This document shows positions 48,289 through 57,571 of a stretch of 64,000 bases of DNA, in pieces (positions within the stretch are counted from its first letter, which is position 1; each line of letters opens with the position of its first letter). Origin of the DNA: a virus (Duplodnaviria; Caudoviricetes); IMG/VR virus record IMGVR_UViG_3300034157_000065, positions 1-64,000 of that record. One strand, written 5' to 3'. The notes under the pieces are model-generated. The model made no database searches. It saw only the letters and a program-made list of their open reading frames with translations, and was not told the origin of the DNA. A program made the position numbers and the translations under genes.

Positions 48289-50652
48289 TTACAAACCTTT
48301 ACATACGGCACTACTTAATGGACCTGCACCTGCTTGTTTTGTGTATAGATACCCATCAGAAGCTCTTAATGATGTTACGTTTTTTGCTGTAATTAATGCA
48401 GTTGTTGGATTTCCACCATATGACTGTGTTATTACAACAGCTCCGTTCCAAATTACTCTTATTAGTGGGTTAGGTGCCACTGTCCATGAATTACTTGAAC
48501 TGTATGCTTGACAAGTATAAGCTGTTCCTATTACATTTTGGGTTGGTGTTGTGTTTATAGGTGAGCTTTCTAATATTTGGGCACCATTATTTCTAATAGC
48601 ACTAGTGCCTGTTTCTATTTGTCTTTCTTGTCTATATCTTGTATTAGGTTGCGAACAACTTCTACTTTGCGTAAATGAACTACCAGCAGGTTGGCTTGCT
48701 ACAGTTGGTGACCATGCTGAACATGTTACTGAACCCAATACCCATGATGTATATGTTGGTGTTGTCGCTATCCAGTTTTCAACCTGAACGTTTATTGTTT
48801 TAGACACAGTTGTTCCAGCAATACTTGATCCTGTTACAGTGTAGGTAAATGTTCCAGCGGCTGTTGGATTGATAGCTAATGAATTAGCTGCAGCAACGAC
48901 CATACCAGATGTCGATACGCCTGAACCATTGTTGTTTGATGAAACAGTGTAACTGACAATATCATTACCTGTCCAGCTAAGTGTGAAAGATGTGTTGATG
49001 TTCACAACAGATGGAGCTGTTAAGTTACCCATTACTGGATTGCTTGCTACGTTAACTGTTACTGCTCTTACTGGACTGTATCTTGTTACACCGTTAACTG
49101 TTTTAGTAGCCGCCATGTAATAGCTGTAACTGCCTATTCCCATTGGAGCATTTGATGGGTGTGAAGCTACTGCATCATTTGCACTTGTTCTTGGTTGAGC
49201 AACTGCACCAGTACTTGCACCTGAACCCACAAAGGACAATGCAGCGTTAGGAGCTACCGTCACCGCTGCTTGCCCGTTTACAGTAAAGCTACCTAATGTT
49301 GGGTCAGCTTCAACAGCAACTGTTGTTGTCTTAACCAATTCTTTGTTAACAAGGTTAGTGCCTGTAATCGTATATTCAAAACTACCAGTGGCTGTTGGTG
49401 TAACAGTATACGTTGTTGCCGTTCCGACATCTTGTGAACCACTCACACCAGATTCTGAACCATTTGATGACAACTTGTAGTTGGATATGTTACTACCTGA
49501 CCAGTTGAAAACAACAGGAGCATTGGTGAAGCTACTGACTGGACCCGAGAAGGATGGTAATGCACCTGCACCGACTACGTTAACACTGATTGTTTTATCA
49601 ATTGTTTTTCCAGCCCCATTAGTGCCAACTAACACATAGTTTTGGGAACCTGTTGTATCAGCAACCGCCGTGTGATGACCATTAGCAACTGTTGTTCCAT
49701 TCAATGAGTAACTTTCGTTGTTAGAACCAGTCCATGTGAAATCTAATGCGGCATTCTGTTCAACCGTTATCGCTGCATCGCTGTTGTTTATTTTATAAGA
49801 AGCAATGGTTGGAAGACCATAAACAGTTACGTTGATTGGACTACTTGTATCTTCAAGACCACTTAAACTGGTTGTTTTCAATGTGTAGTCGAAACTCCCT
49901 ACACTTCCAACTGTTACTGTTTTAGAAGTGTCTGTTGTATTGACTGCACCAAACGGACTTAACTCTAAACCTTCACTGTCATTGACCGACCAATTAAATG
50001 TTACGTTGTCGCCAATAGTTACCTTCGTCTTGTCACTTGTAAAGCTGTTTACTTTTGAAGTGTTAACCACGTCAATTGACAGCATTCTGTTCGTGTTGTT
50101 TTCGTTGTTGTAACCTGTTACAGACATTTTGTAAGTTGTATCTTGGGTTGGAACAACTGAGAAGTTGCCAGACAGGCTTACGTTACCAATGGCATTATCT
50201 ATGCTTACCGCTTCGGCATCAGTCACATTCCAATTCAGTTTGACTGGTTGACCAAATCCTACTTTCAATTTATCAGCATTGAAACTGACAACAGGCGTTG
50301 GTTGTATTACTGTAAGTTTTAAAGTCTTTTCTTCTATTTTTTTCTCGTTGTCCAAAGTAATAATATAATCAGTGGTTACTAATGGGGATAATGGATATGA
50401 ACCAAATGAAGAAGACTCATCAAAGTTCTTATCAGATGAAATTACTTTTAAACTTTTAATATAGTTATAATTCCAGTTTAATGCAGTAGATTCACCACGA
50501 TTAATCGTAGCAGGTGCAAAGTCTATTGTTCCTGTAATTTCATCTGGCGTGTCAATATTCATGTGTTGTGGATCTAATGGCATTCTTACCATGTAACCGG
50601 CAGAGGCTATTGAAACTGTCAAGACTGACAGTAATATTATTTTCTTATTCAT
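48289..50652 (-). CDS. Large secreted Ig-like/PKD-repeat adhesin-like protein, copy 1
   Basis: Signal peptide; repeated F...L.W...Y.L...G beta-sandwich units; TSP-like WxxW/Cys segment; C-terminal Cys-closed tip domain. Confidence 0.8.
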   Translation of the reverse strand: MNKKIILLSVLTVSIASAGYMVRMPLDPQHMNIDTPDEITGTIDFAPATINRGESTALNWNYNYIKSLKVISSDKNFDESSSFGSYPLSPLVTTDYIITLDNEKKIEEKTLKLTVIQPTPVVSFNADKLKVGFGQPVKLNWNVTDAEAVSIDNAIGNVSLSGNFSVVPTQDTTYKMSVTGYNNENNTNRMLSIDVVNTSKVNSFTSDKTKVTIGDNVTFNWSVNDSEGLELSPFGAVNTTDTSKTVTVGSVGSFDYTLKTTSLSGLEDTSSPINVTVYGLPTIASYKINNSDAAITVEQNAALDFTWTGSNNESYSLNGTTVANGHHTAVADTTGSQNYVLVGTNGAGKTIDKTISVNVVGAGALPSFSGPVSSFTNAPVVFNWSGSNISNYKLSSNGSESGVSGSQDVGTATTYTVTPTATGSFEYTITGTNLVNKELVKTTTVAVEADPTLGSFTVNGQAAVTVAPNAALSFVGSGASTGAVAQPRTSANDAVASHPSNAPMGIGSYSYYMAATKTVNGVTRYSPVRAVTVNVASNPVMGNLTAPSVVNINTSFTLSWTGNDIVSYTVSSNNNGSGVSTSGMVVAAANSLAINPTAAGTFTYTVTGSSIAGTTVSKTINVQVENWIATTPTYTSWVLGSVTCSAWSPTVASQPAGSSFTQSRSCSQPNTRYRQERQIETGTSAIRNNGAQILESSPINTTPTQNVIGTAYTCQAYSSSNSWTVAPNPLIRVIWNGAVVITQSYGGNPTTALITAKNVTSLRASDGYLYTKQAGAGPLSSAVCKGL

Positions 50653-50863
50653 ATCTCTATAGATGTTGTTTTTATAATAATATTATACCACAATTTAGCT
50701 AAAAAACAATTTTCTTTCACGAAAATTTCACATTTTTTTTACATTATTTTTACATTATGTACATCATTAATAATTGTTTTCTATTCCATCCTATTTTTAC
50801 CATCCATTATTGTTTAAATTATGGTCAATATTAAATTAAAAATATATTTTAATATTATTATCC

Positions 50864-51052
50864 TGTTACTTTGAGTTACGACGAGTAAAACTCTCGATAA
50901 TGTGTTACTTTGCCATAAAAAGACCTAAAATAGTGTTACATGTCTGAATTGTGTAACTATATGACACATTTTGGTAGTTGATTTCCCTGAAATACTTGAT
51001 ATAATGTGGTTACAAATTAGCGAATTTCTAATTTATCTCAAAAAATGTAACT
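50864..51052. promoter_or_regulatory. Array of GTTAC/GTAAC sites around a sigma70 promoter (TTGATT 50978, TATAAT 51000)
   Basis: GTTAC at 50865, 50875, 50904, 50935, 51009; GTAAC at 50953, 51047. Confidence 0.55.
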
Positions 51053-51132
51053 ATTTAATATAATTTATTGAGCTGTTGGTATAACCATAGCTCTGCTTGA
51101 TTAACTAAACTAAAAAATAAAGGTGATATAAA

Positions 51133-51384
51133 ATGTTCTTAAATACTATCAGTATAACTAAACAACTTTTGAAGACTGGCCGTCTTGAAATGAACTACAA
51201 CGAAAAGAATTTTCGTAAAAAGTACGAACTTGGTTTCTGGGAAGTTTATCAAGATGTTCATTCAGTCTCAAAAAACATTATCAGTGGTCCATACAGAGTC
51301 TTCAGACCTATTTACAAAACTGGAACGCTTGATAAGTTGAATTCAAAACTTGAAAAATTGACAGCTCAATCTTCTCTTTATTGA
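51133..51384 (+). CDS. Small basic hypothetical protein with a long structured 5' UTR
   Basis: AAGGTG RBS; hairpin GAGCT...AGCTC in the leader; terminator at ~51410-51436. Confidence 0.65.
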   Translation: MFLNTISITKQLLKTGRLEMNYNEKNFRKKYELGFWEVYQDVHSVSKNIISGPYRVFRPIYKTGTLDKLNSKLEKLTAQSSLY

Positions 51385-51503
51385 GATTATTGTTCTTTTA
51401 TTGTATGACAAAAGCCCCTTTTCGAAGGGTTTTTTTGTTGACTTAAAAACAAATAAATGATATTATAATGCCTCTTAATAAGTCAACAACTCAATAAGGA
51501 AGC

Positions 51504-51713
51504 ATGATGAAAATTAAAGAAAATTACAAAGTGTTAGGTGATGATTGGTGGAAAGTTCCGAATGGCGAATTTGTCATCACCACTGATACTCTTATTGTTA
51601 CCGATGTCACCGAAGAAAAAACAATCTTTGATGTCCATCGTAATGGTGCCGTCATTGGAGAACTTCGTGTTCATCATGCTTTTGTTAAAGAAGACTTTGA
51701 AAAAATTGCATAA
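51504..51713 (+). CDS. Small hypothetical protein
   Basis: Promoter TTGACT(51438), AAGGA RBS. Confidence 0.7.
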   Translation: MMKIKENYKVLGDDWWKVPNGEFVITTDTLIVTDVTEEKTIFDVHRNGAVIGELRVHHAFVKEDFEKIA

Positions 51714-51774
51714 AAATTTTGTAAATTATAATAAAAAAGAGACTCCAAAGAGTCTCTTTTTTGTTTTCTAACTA

Positions 51775-54141
51775 TCAAGGCGTACTACAAACTTGCCAGA
51801 ATCCACCTGTGACGTTTGGCCCTCTTGTGTATGACTTACCATCCCAACCAGTGATTTGAGTCACGTTCATGGCACCAGCACCCGGATATTGTGATGAGGT
51901 TGCTTTTGTTCCGCCATTCCAAACTACGTTAACCAATGAGTTGGCACCACCTACAACAACTGTCTGCCACTGGTTACCCGAGTCATATCGACACACGATG
52001 GTTGGTTTGGTACCAATAGCATATTGTGTATTGGGTTGGTTGCTCAATGTTTGAGATTCCCCCACGGCTGTTGTATTTCTTACTTCACCTGTTGCTACTT
52101 CTTGTATACGATCTTGACGTGTTCTTGATTGGTTCAAGTAACAGTATTGTGTTTGATAAAAACCTGTTCCTGAGTTTACTTCACTTACGGCTGGTGAGAA
52201 TGCTGTACAACTGTAGAAACCACTGCTGTTAACCCATCCAGTGTAAGTAGGAGCGATTGCAACCCACTGCTCGACCTTAACGTTTCCAGATGTTCTGGCC
52301 GTTGATATTCCAGCGGCGTTTGTTGCTGTCACTGTATAATTATAGGTTCCTGCTGCTTGTGGTGTTACACCTAATGCTGCACCGGCACCAGTTGACACTC
52401 CAGCTACCGCTACACCAGAAGCCGCAACGTTCCCTTTAACTGTGTAGCTTGCAACATCAGTTCCACTCCATGATAATGTAAATCCCGAACCATAGTTGAT
52501 GATGGTTGGTGTTGATATGGCACCAATCGTTGGAGCATTTATAACCGAAACTGTGACTGATCTTAATGCACTGTCTCTGGTTACTCCATTTATAGTCTTA
52601 GTTCCAGCACCATAATAAGTTGAAAACCCAGCAGAAGCTGACGCATTTGATGGTAATAAGCTTGTCACTCCACCAGAAGTTTTACCTACCAATGTAGCTC
52701 CACTGCTCAAACCAGTTCCCACAAATGATAAAGCTTGGTTTGGAGATACCGTAATAGATGATTGACCATTTACTGTCATTCCTGCCATCGTTGGATCAGC
52801 TTCCACCATAACACTGGTTTTCTTCACTGTTGTTTTGCTTGCAGCATTAGTTCCTGTTAATGTGTATTCTAAACTACCTACTGCGGTTGGTGTTGTTGTA
52901 TAGGTTAAAGCAGTTCCTACATCTTGTGAACCACTTATACCTGAACCTGCAACACCTGATAATTTATAGTTATTGATATTAGTTCCTGTCCAGTTTAGAA
53001 CAATAGGTGTATTAGCAAATGTTGTTGGCACTGTTGAGAACGATGGAATGTTACCTGCACCCACTACATTGACACTGACTGATTTATTGATTGTTTTACC
53101 CGCTCCATTCACACCTGTTAAGACATAGTTCTTCGTGCCTGTTGAAGCGTCTGCATTCACCGTGTAGGTTCCATTTGACACAGCGACTCCATTGATGTCA
53201 TAACTAATATTGTTTGCACCAGTCCATGTGAAGGCTAATGGATCATTCGCTTCAACTGTTACCGATGTGTCACTGTTGTTAACTTTATATGAAGTGATGG
53301 TTGGAAGACCATAAACACTCACGTCAATAGGATTTGATGTTTTCGTCATTCCACTAAAACTGGTTGTTTTCAATGAATATGTAAAGTCACCTACGGTTCC
53401 CATTGTTACTGCTTTACTGGTTGATGTTTTATCTACGGTACCGAAAGGAATTAACTCTAAGCCTTCACTGTCATTGGTTGTCCAGTTAAAGGTGATATCA
53501 TCACCAATGCTTACTTTGGTCTTGTCAGATTGAAAACTGCCTATTGCAGAATCCTTTACAACATCAATTGAAATTGATTTACTGGTATTATTCTCATTGT
53601 TGTAACCTGTCACATTAAGCTTGTAGGTTGTATCATTAACCGGCGAGACGGTATAGGAGCTATTTAACCCACTGATTCCTGCATTTTCAAGTAAAGCTGA
53701 TTCAGCATCTGAGACATTCCATGTAAGCTTAGAAGACTGGCCTTCACCAATCTTTGTTTTATCCGCCGTAAAGCTAACCACAGGCGTAGGCTGTATCACT
53801 GTCAGTTTTAAAGTTTTTTCTTCAATTTTTTTATTGTTGTCTAATGTGATATCGTAATTAGTCGTCTTTAATGGCGATAATGGATACGAACCAAAATAGG
53901 CTGTCTCATTAAAGCTTTCATCGGATGAAACGACCTTTAAACTTTTTATATAATTGTAATTCCAGTTTAAGGCTGTTGATTCACCACGATTGATGGTTGC
54001 AGGTGCCAGTTCAATAACCCCTGTAATTTCATCAGGTGTGTCTATATTGATATATTTAGGATCTAATCTGAACGTGGCGACATAACCCGCAGACGCGATT
54101 GATACTGTCAAGACGGACAGCAATATTATTTTTTTATTCAT
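51775..54141 (-). CDS. Large secreted Ig-like/PKD-repeat adhesin-like protein, copy 2
   Basis: First 20 aa identical to 48289..50652, collinear throughout, divergent tip. Confidence 0.8.
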   Translation of the reverse strand: MNKKIILLSVLTVSIASAGYVATFRLDPKYINIDTPDEITGVIELAPATINRGESTALNWNYNYIKSLKVVSSDESFNETAYFGSYPLSPLKTTNYDITLDNNKKIEEKTLKLTVIQPTPVVSFTADKTKIGEGQSSKLTWNVSDAESALLENAGISGLNSSYTVSPVNDTTYKLNVTGYNNENNTSKSISIDVVKDSAIGSFQSDKTKVSIGDDITFNWTTNDSEGLELIPFGTVDKTSTSKAVTMGTVGDFTYSLKTTSFSGMTKTSNPIDVSVYGLPTITSYKVNNSDTSVTVEANDPLAFTWTGANNISYDINGVAVSNGTYTVNADASTGTKNYVLTGVNGAGKTINKSVSVNVVGAGNIPSFSTVPTTFANTPIVLNWTGTNINNYKLSGVAGSGISGSQDVGTALTYTTTPTAVGSLEYTLTGTNAASKTTVKKTSVMVEADPTMAGMTVNGQSSITVSPNQALSFVGTGLSSGATLVGKTSGGVTSLLPSNASASAGFSTYYGAGTKTINGVTRDSALRSVTVSVINAPTIGAISTPTIINYGSGFTLSWSGTDVASYTVKGNVAASGVAVAGVSTGAGAALGVTPQAAGTYNYTVTATNAAGISTARTSGNVKVEQWVAIAPTYTGWVNSSGFYSCTAFSPAVSEVNSGTGFYQTQYCYLNQSRTRQDRIQEVATGEVRNTTAVGESQTLSNQPNTQYAIGTKPTIVCRYDSGNQWQTVVVGGANSLVNVVWNGGTKATSSQYPGAGAMNVTQITGWDGKSYTRGPNVTGGFWQVCSTP

Positions 54142-54283
54142 ATCTCATTTGATTGTTGTTTTTTTAATATTATTATACATAACTCTGTGCAAAAAACAAC
54201 CTGAAGTCTTATATTTTGTTGATTTTATGACGAAAATGATATATAATCACCACTCTAAAATTCAAAATAAATGGAGACATCTC

Positions 54284-54541
54284 ATGTCAAAAATCAACAC
54301 CACTCACAGACCTAAAAATTTAGTTAGATTTATATTTTGGGGATTTTGTGCCATGATTTTCTTATTTGTTCAAAATTTCTTTTATCATATATACTACAAT
54401 GGTAAGCATAAGCTTAAACAGGGGAAAATTCCCTTCTGTAAGTTCGTTATTTTGACAATTGTTACCTTTAACCTTGCTTGCCTTGGTAGTTTCTGGGATC
54501 AAGCAAAAGATATGGTTCCTAAGATCTACCACATTAGCTAA
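54284..54541 (+). CDS. Small 2-TM protein
   Basis: GGAG RBS before ATG 54284. Confidence 0.65.
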   Translation: MSKINTTHRPKNLVRFIFWGFCAMIFLFVQNFFYHIYYNGKHKLKQGKIPFCKFVILTIVTFNLACLGSFWDQAKDMVPKIYHIS

Positions 54542-54561
54542 TATTACGGATAGGTGATGAC

Positions 54562-54894
54562 ATGAGATTAAAGTTTCTTTGGTTAAAATTTATGCTCAAA
54601 TTCATGGGATTTAAAGTCGTAGAAGTCCGGCTGGTTGATTCTGATCATAACGTGTTGCGTTATACTTTGAACAATGACTACAACCAGAAATCAGGTTCGT
54701 ATGCCAACTATCCTTTTCTGAGTATTTCTATTGATCCTACTGGTATTTACTCGACCCATATACATCAACACAATCCTATTATTAAAAATGATGTCTATAT
54801 ATCACGATCACCGCATAAACTCATTAAGTTGTGGTTGGTTGCTTTTCATCATTTCAAAGCCACATACAAAATTAAAATTCAGGAGGCTTCATAG
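54562..54894 (+). CDS. Hypothetical protein
   Basis: AGGTG RBS; operonic. Confidence 0.65.
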   Translation: MRLKFLWLKFMLKFMGFKVVEVRLVDSDHNVLRYTLNNDYNQKSGSYANYPFLSISIDPTGIYSTHIHQHNPIIKNDVYISRSPHKLIKLWLVAFHHFKATYKIKIQEAS

Positions 54895-55298
54895 TGAATA
54901 ATTCCCATGCTGAACGTATTAATTTGAAGGTTTTGCGGCCTTATCATAACCATAACGAAAGATTGTTCAACAACCTTCGGGAAGCTCATGATTTTGCACC
55001 AAAAGTAGCCCAACAGATGGCTTATGAAGCTTTGCTAGTTGAAGATCGAGCTTTTGATGGATTGTTTCGTAAAATTAGAAGTTTTGTTTTAAAAACAGAA
55101 TATGAACCATTAACCAGTATTGAGTATTCCATTTTTGATGGAGCTATCAACTTTTACAAAAAAAGCATTGAAGAATCAAAAGTAGAGTTGGTCGCTCGCA
55201 TGGTTACGCAACCCGTGATTGATGCTTATGTTGAAAGCCAAAAAGAAACGGTTCAACTGGCTGAAAAAATCATTAGTAAGATCCTTAAATCAGTCTGA
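54894..55298 (+). CDS. Hypothetical protein
   Basis: AGGAGG RBS, GTG start overlapping the upstream stop. Confidence 0.7.
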   Translation: MNNSHAERINLKVLRPYHNHNERLFNNLREAHDFAPKVAQQMAYEALLVEDRAFDGLFRKIRSFVLKTEYEPLTSIEYSIFDGAINFYKKSIEESKVELVARMVTQPVIDAYVESQKETVQLAEKIISKILKSV

Positions 55299-55740
55299 TT
55301 TCAAGGGCTAGTTTTTCTTTTTCGACATCTTTGAATAGCTGATTGAAGTCAAATACTATTTTGGGGATGTCGATAATTTTATATGTTTTGTCCATTTCCA
55401 TTTTTTCATAAATTGATATGTTCATTCTAGGATTTAGATGTTCTTTATTTTGATCGATAATGAAAGCGTCTCCATAATGATTGTCTCCCTTGTAAATTTC
55501 GTGCATATGTCCACGTCCCGTTATAACACGATAAGCATCATTTTCTTTAAAGATATGTATTCCAAAATAATGAAATAATTCTAAGTCTTCATGCATTTCA
55601 ATTCTTGATAAATCTATCATCTTTTCATAATAATTTAATTTCAGTTGAATGTAGAGATCATTAATTATCTGGTCATCTTCTGGTTCTTGATTGATTATAT
55701 ACTTGGCAATTCTAGGAGTGACTTTCATAATGGTCCTCAT
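55285..55740 (-). CDS. Hypothetical protein
   Basis: ORF with GAGG RBS. Confidence 0.7.
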   Translation of the reverse strand: MRTIMKVTPRIAKYIINQEPEDDQIINDLYIQLKLNYYEKMIDLSRIEMHEDLELFHYFGIHIFKENDAYRVITGRGHMHEIYKGDNHYGDAFIIDQNKEHLNPRMNISIYEKMEMDKTYKIIDIPKIVFDFNQLFKDVEKEKLALEIRLI

Positions 55741-55882
55741 TGTTTTTATATAACTTTATCACTTTTTTATTCATTGTAAATATTCATTTTTTCTAAATAA
55801 ATTGATATTTTTTGAGAATTGATGTATAATAAACCATCTAATCCATGCAAATGCTGGACAACTATTCTCTTGGAGATTTAAA

Positions 55883-56377
55883 ATGACTTTGAGTAAAAAA
55901 GAACAGGCCATACAAGTGATTGATGCGGCTTTTGAAGCTGCCCTTAAAGACCAACGTTCAGGATTTGCATGGGAGCTTTTTTGGAAATTTGGTGTGTTCT
56001 CGAAAATTCAGGATTTCAATCTTAAGTTAATGATGGATTCTATTGCTAGCGGAAAACCAAAAGAATTCGATACTAATCAAATGATTGATACCGAATCACA
56101 AGAACTTCTTGAAACCATTAAAGAACGCAAAAAAGCATTGTACAAAGAACACAGTATTAAACGTGTAAAGTTTGCTGTTTATCGTGAACGCATTGTTACC
56201 TTCTTCAAACATAAACGTGATATTGATTTTAACTCATTGGATGAAGTTGCTGCTAAGTCACTTCTTCAAACAGAAGACATTATGAGTTCCACCGATAATA
56301 TCTATGATGCTTTAGGTATGACTCATATGCAGTATAAGTATCTCTATCAACGAGGTAGTGTACAACTTAAGGCTTAA
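55883..56377 (+). CDS. Hypothetical protein
   Basis: Promoter TTGATA(55802)-17 nt-TATAAT; GGAG RBS. Confidence 0.75.
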   Translation: MTLSKKEQAIQVIDAAFEAALKDQRSGFAWELFWKFGVFSKIQDFNLKLMMDSIASGKPKEFDTNQMIDTESQELLETIKERKKALYKEHSIKRVKFAVYRERIVTFFKHKRDIDFNSLDEVAAKSLLQTEDIMSSTDNIYDALGMTHMQYKYLYQRGSVQLKA

Positions 56378-56384
56378 CACATTG

Positions 56385-56448
56385 TCTTTTGTTGATAACT
56401 TATTGACTTTAAGGTTCGATGCCTTAAACTTTAGTTATCAACAAGAGA
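56385..56448. repeat. Nested inverted repeat enclosing a promoter
   Basis: TCTTTTGTTGATAACT / AGTTATCAACAAGAGA (15/16) plus inner TTTAAGG/CCTTAAA. Confidence 0.75.
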
Positions 56449-56458
56449 TTCCTATTTA

Positions 56459-56980
56459 ATGTTAGAATTATTTATTAAACTTATATTAGTCAGCTTTTAT
56501 GCTATTATGACTGGATGTAGCCCTAATGGTCATTTAACTGAAAATCTTGAACCACAAGGTAAAGCAATGTTCGATCCCGAAAATAGAACGATGCTGGGGT
56601 ATAAGCTATATGATAATATGGATAACATTTCAAAAGACCCACATTATACTTTCTTGAGAAAAGAAGATGATGTGACTTATTACACCGTTAAAAACAAAAA
56701 TAACGACCCAAGACAGATCTCTATTGTGGTCAGTGTCCGTAATGATAAAATATATTCAGTAGAAAGCCGCTACCAATACCCACATTTCAGAAGCTGTAAT
56801 GCGGCAGCCGAACAAATCTACAATGAAACCAAAAACTTTTTTCCGCTTGAAAAACGACCTGATGTCAATGATAAAGGCTATCACTTCGATGGTGTTCTAA
56901 AAAATTACATCTTTATTACAGCCTGCACTGATTTATTGGATACTGATAAAATCATACACAGCACCACCTACATGCGATAA
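56459..56980 (+). CDS. Lipoprotein
   Basis: Lipobox-like IMTGC after a hydrophobic stretch. Confidence 0.7.
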   Translation: MLELFIKLILVSFYAIMTGCSPNGHLTENLEPQGKAMFDPENRTMLGYKLYDNMDNISKDPHYTFLRKEDDVTYYTVKNKNNDPRQISIVVSVRNDKIYSVESRYQYPHFRSCNAAAEQIYNETKNFFPLEKRPDVNDKGYHFDGVLKNYIFITACTDLLDTDKIIHSTTYMR

Positions 56981-57081
56981 GTGGTTGTTGACGGCTTTGA
57001 TAAATGTATAATACTAATTCAATATTGACGACAGCTTATTAATTGTCTATATTGTCAGATACTTTTTCAATTTTCAAATAT

Positions 57082-57158
57082 CTCTGCGTAGCTCAGTTGG
57101 ATAGAGTGCTCGCTTCCGAAGCGAACGGTCGTTGGTTCGAATCCAACCGTAGAGGCCA
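57082..57158 (+). tRNA. tRNA-Arg (anticodon CCG)
   Basis: Acceptor CTCTGCG/CGTAGAG, D-arm GCTC-AGTTGGATA-GAGT with A20, loop TTCCGAA, T-arm GTTGG-TTCGAAT-CCAAC, encoded CCA. Confidence 0.95.
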
Positions 57159-57179
57159 TATAAATATAGGAGACTATTT

Positions 57180-57524
57180 ATGAGTATTCAAAAATATCTA
57201 TACCTTGCAGTTATCATTGATACATCACAAGACGTTGTTTGTGTTGCAGCAGTCACTAAAGACACTTGGGATACTCATAAAATGTATGATGATCCTAATG
57301 ATATTGAAGACATTGTTTCTCGTATTAGTGTTAATGGTTATTTTATGGAGTCCAGTGGAATGGATTACTCATTGCTTGATGTTATTGAAAAAAATGGAAT
57401 GCCGTTAACCTCCAAAGATGCTCATATACTTGTGAATGACCTCGAATCAAATGGTTTTACGATTAACAACGAATTTGCAAAGAACATTCATGAGTTGTCA
57501 GAAGGTCTATATCAGATGGCTTAA
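57180..57524 (+). CDS. Hypothetical protein
   Basis: AGGAG RBS immediately after the tRNA. Confidence 0.75.
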   Translation: MSIQKYLYLAVIIDTSQDVVCVAAVTKDTWDTHKMYDDPNDIEDIVSRISVNGYFMESSGMDYSLLDVIEKNGMPLTSKDAHILVNDLESNGFTINNEFAKNIHELSEGLYQMA

Positions 57525-57571
57525 ATTTTTATTGAGTGCAAATAAAGCACCTGAAGGTGCTTTTTTCTTAT

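Noticed and set aside
48289-54141. Shufflon or DGR-type diversification of the adhesin tips
   Set aside because: No recombinase, reverse transcriptase, inverted silent cassettes or adenine-specific template/variable repeat pair is visible in this window.
55285-55330. 55285..55740 (ends KLALEIRLI) and 15878..16363 (ends DEMSHLTC) as tag carriers
   Set aside because: No Met at -4, so not counted.
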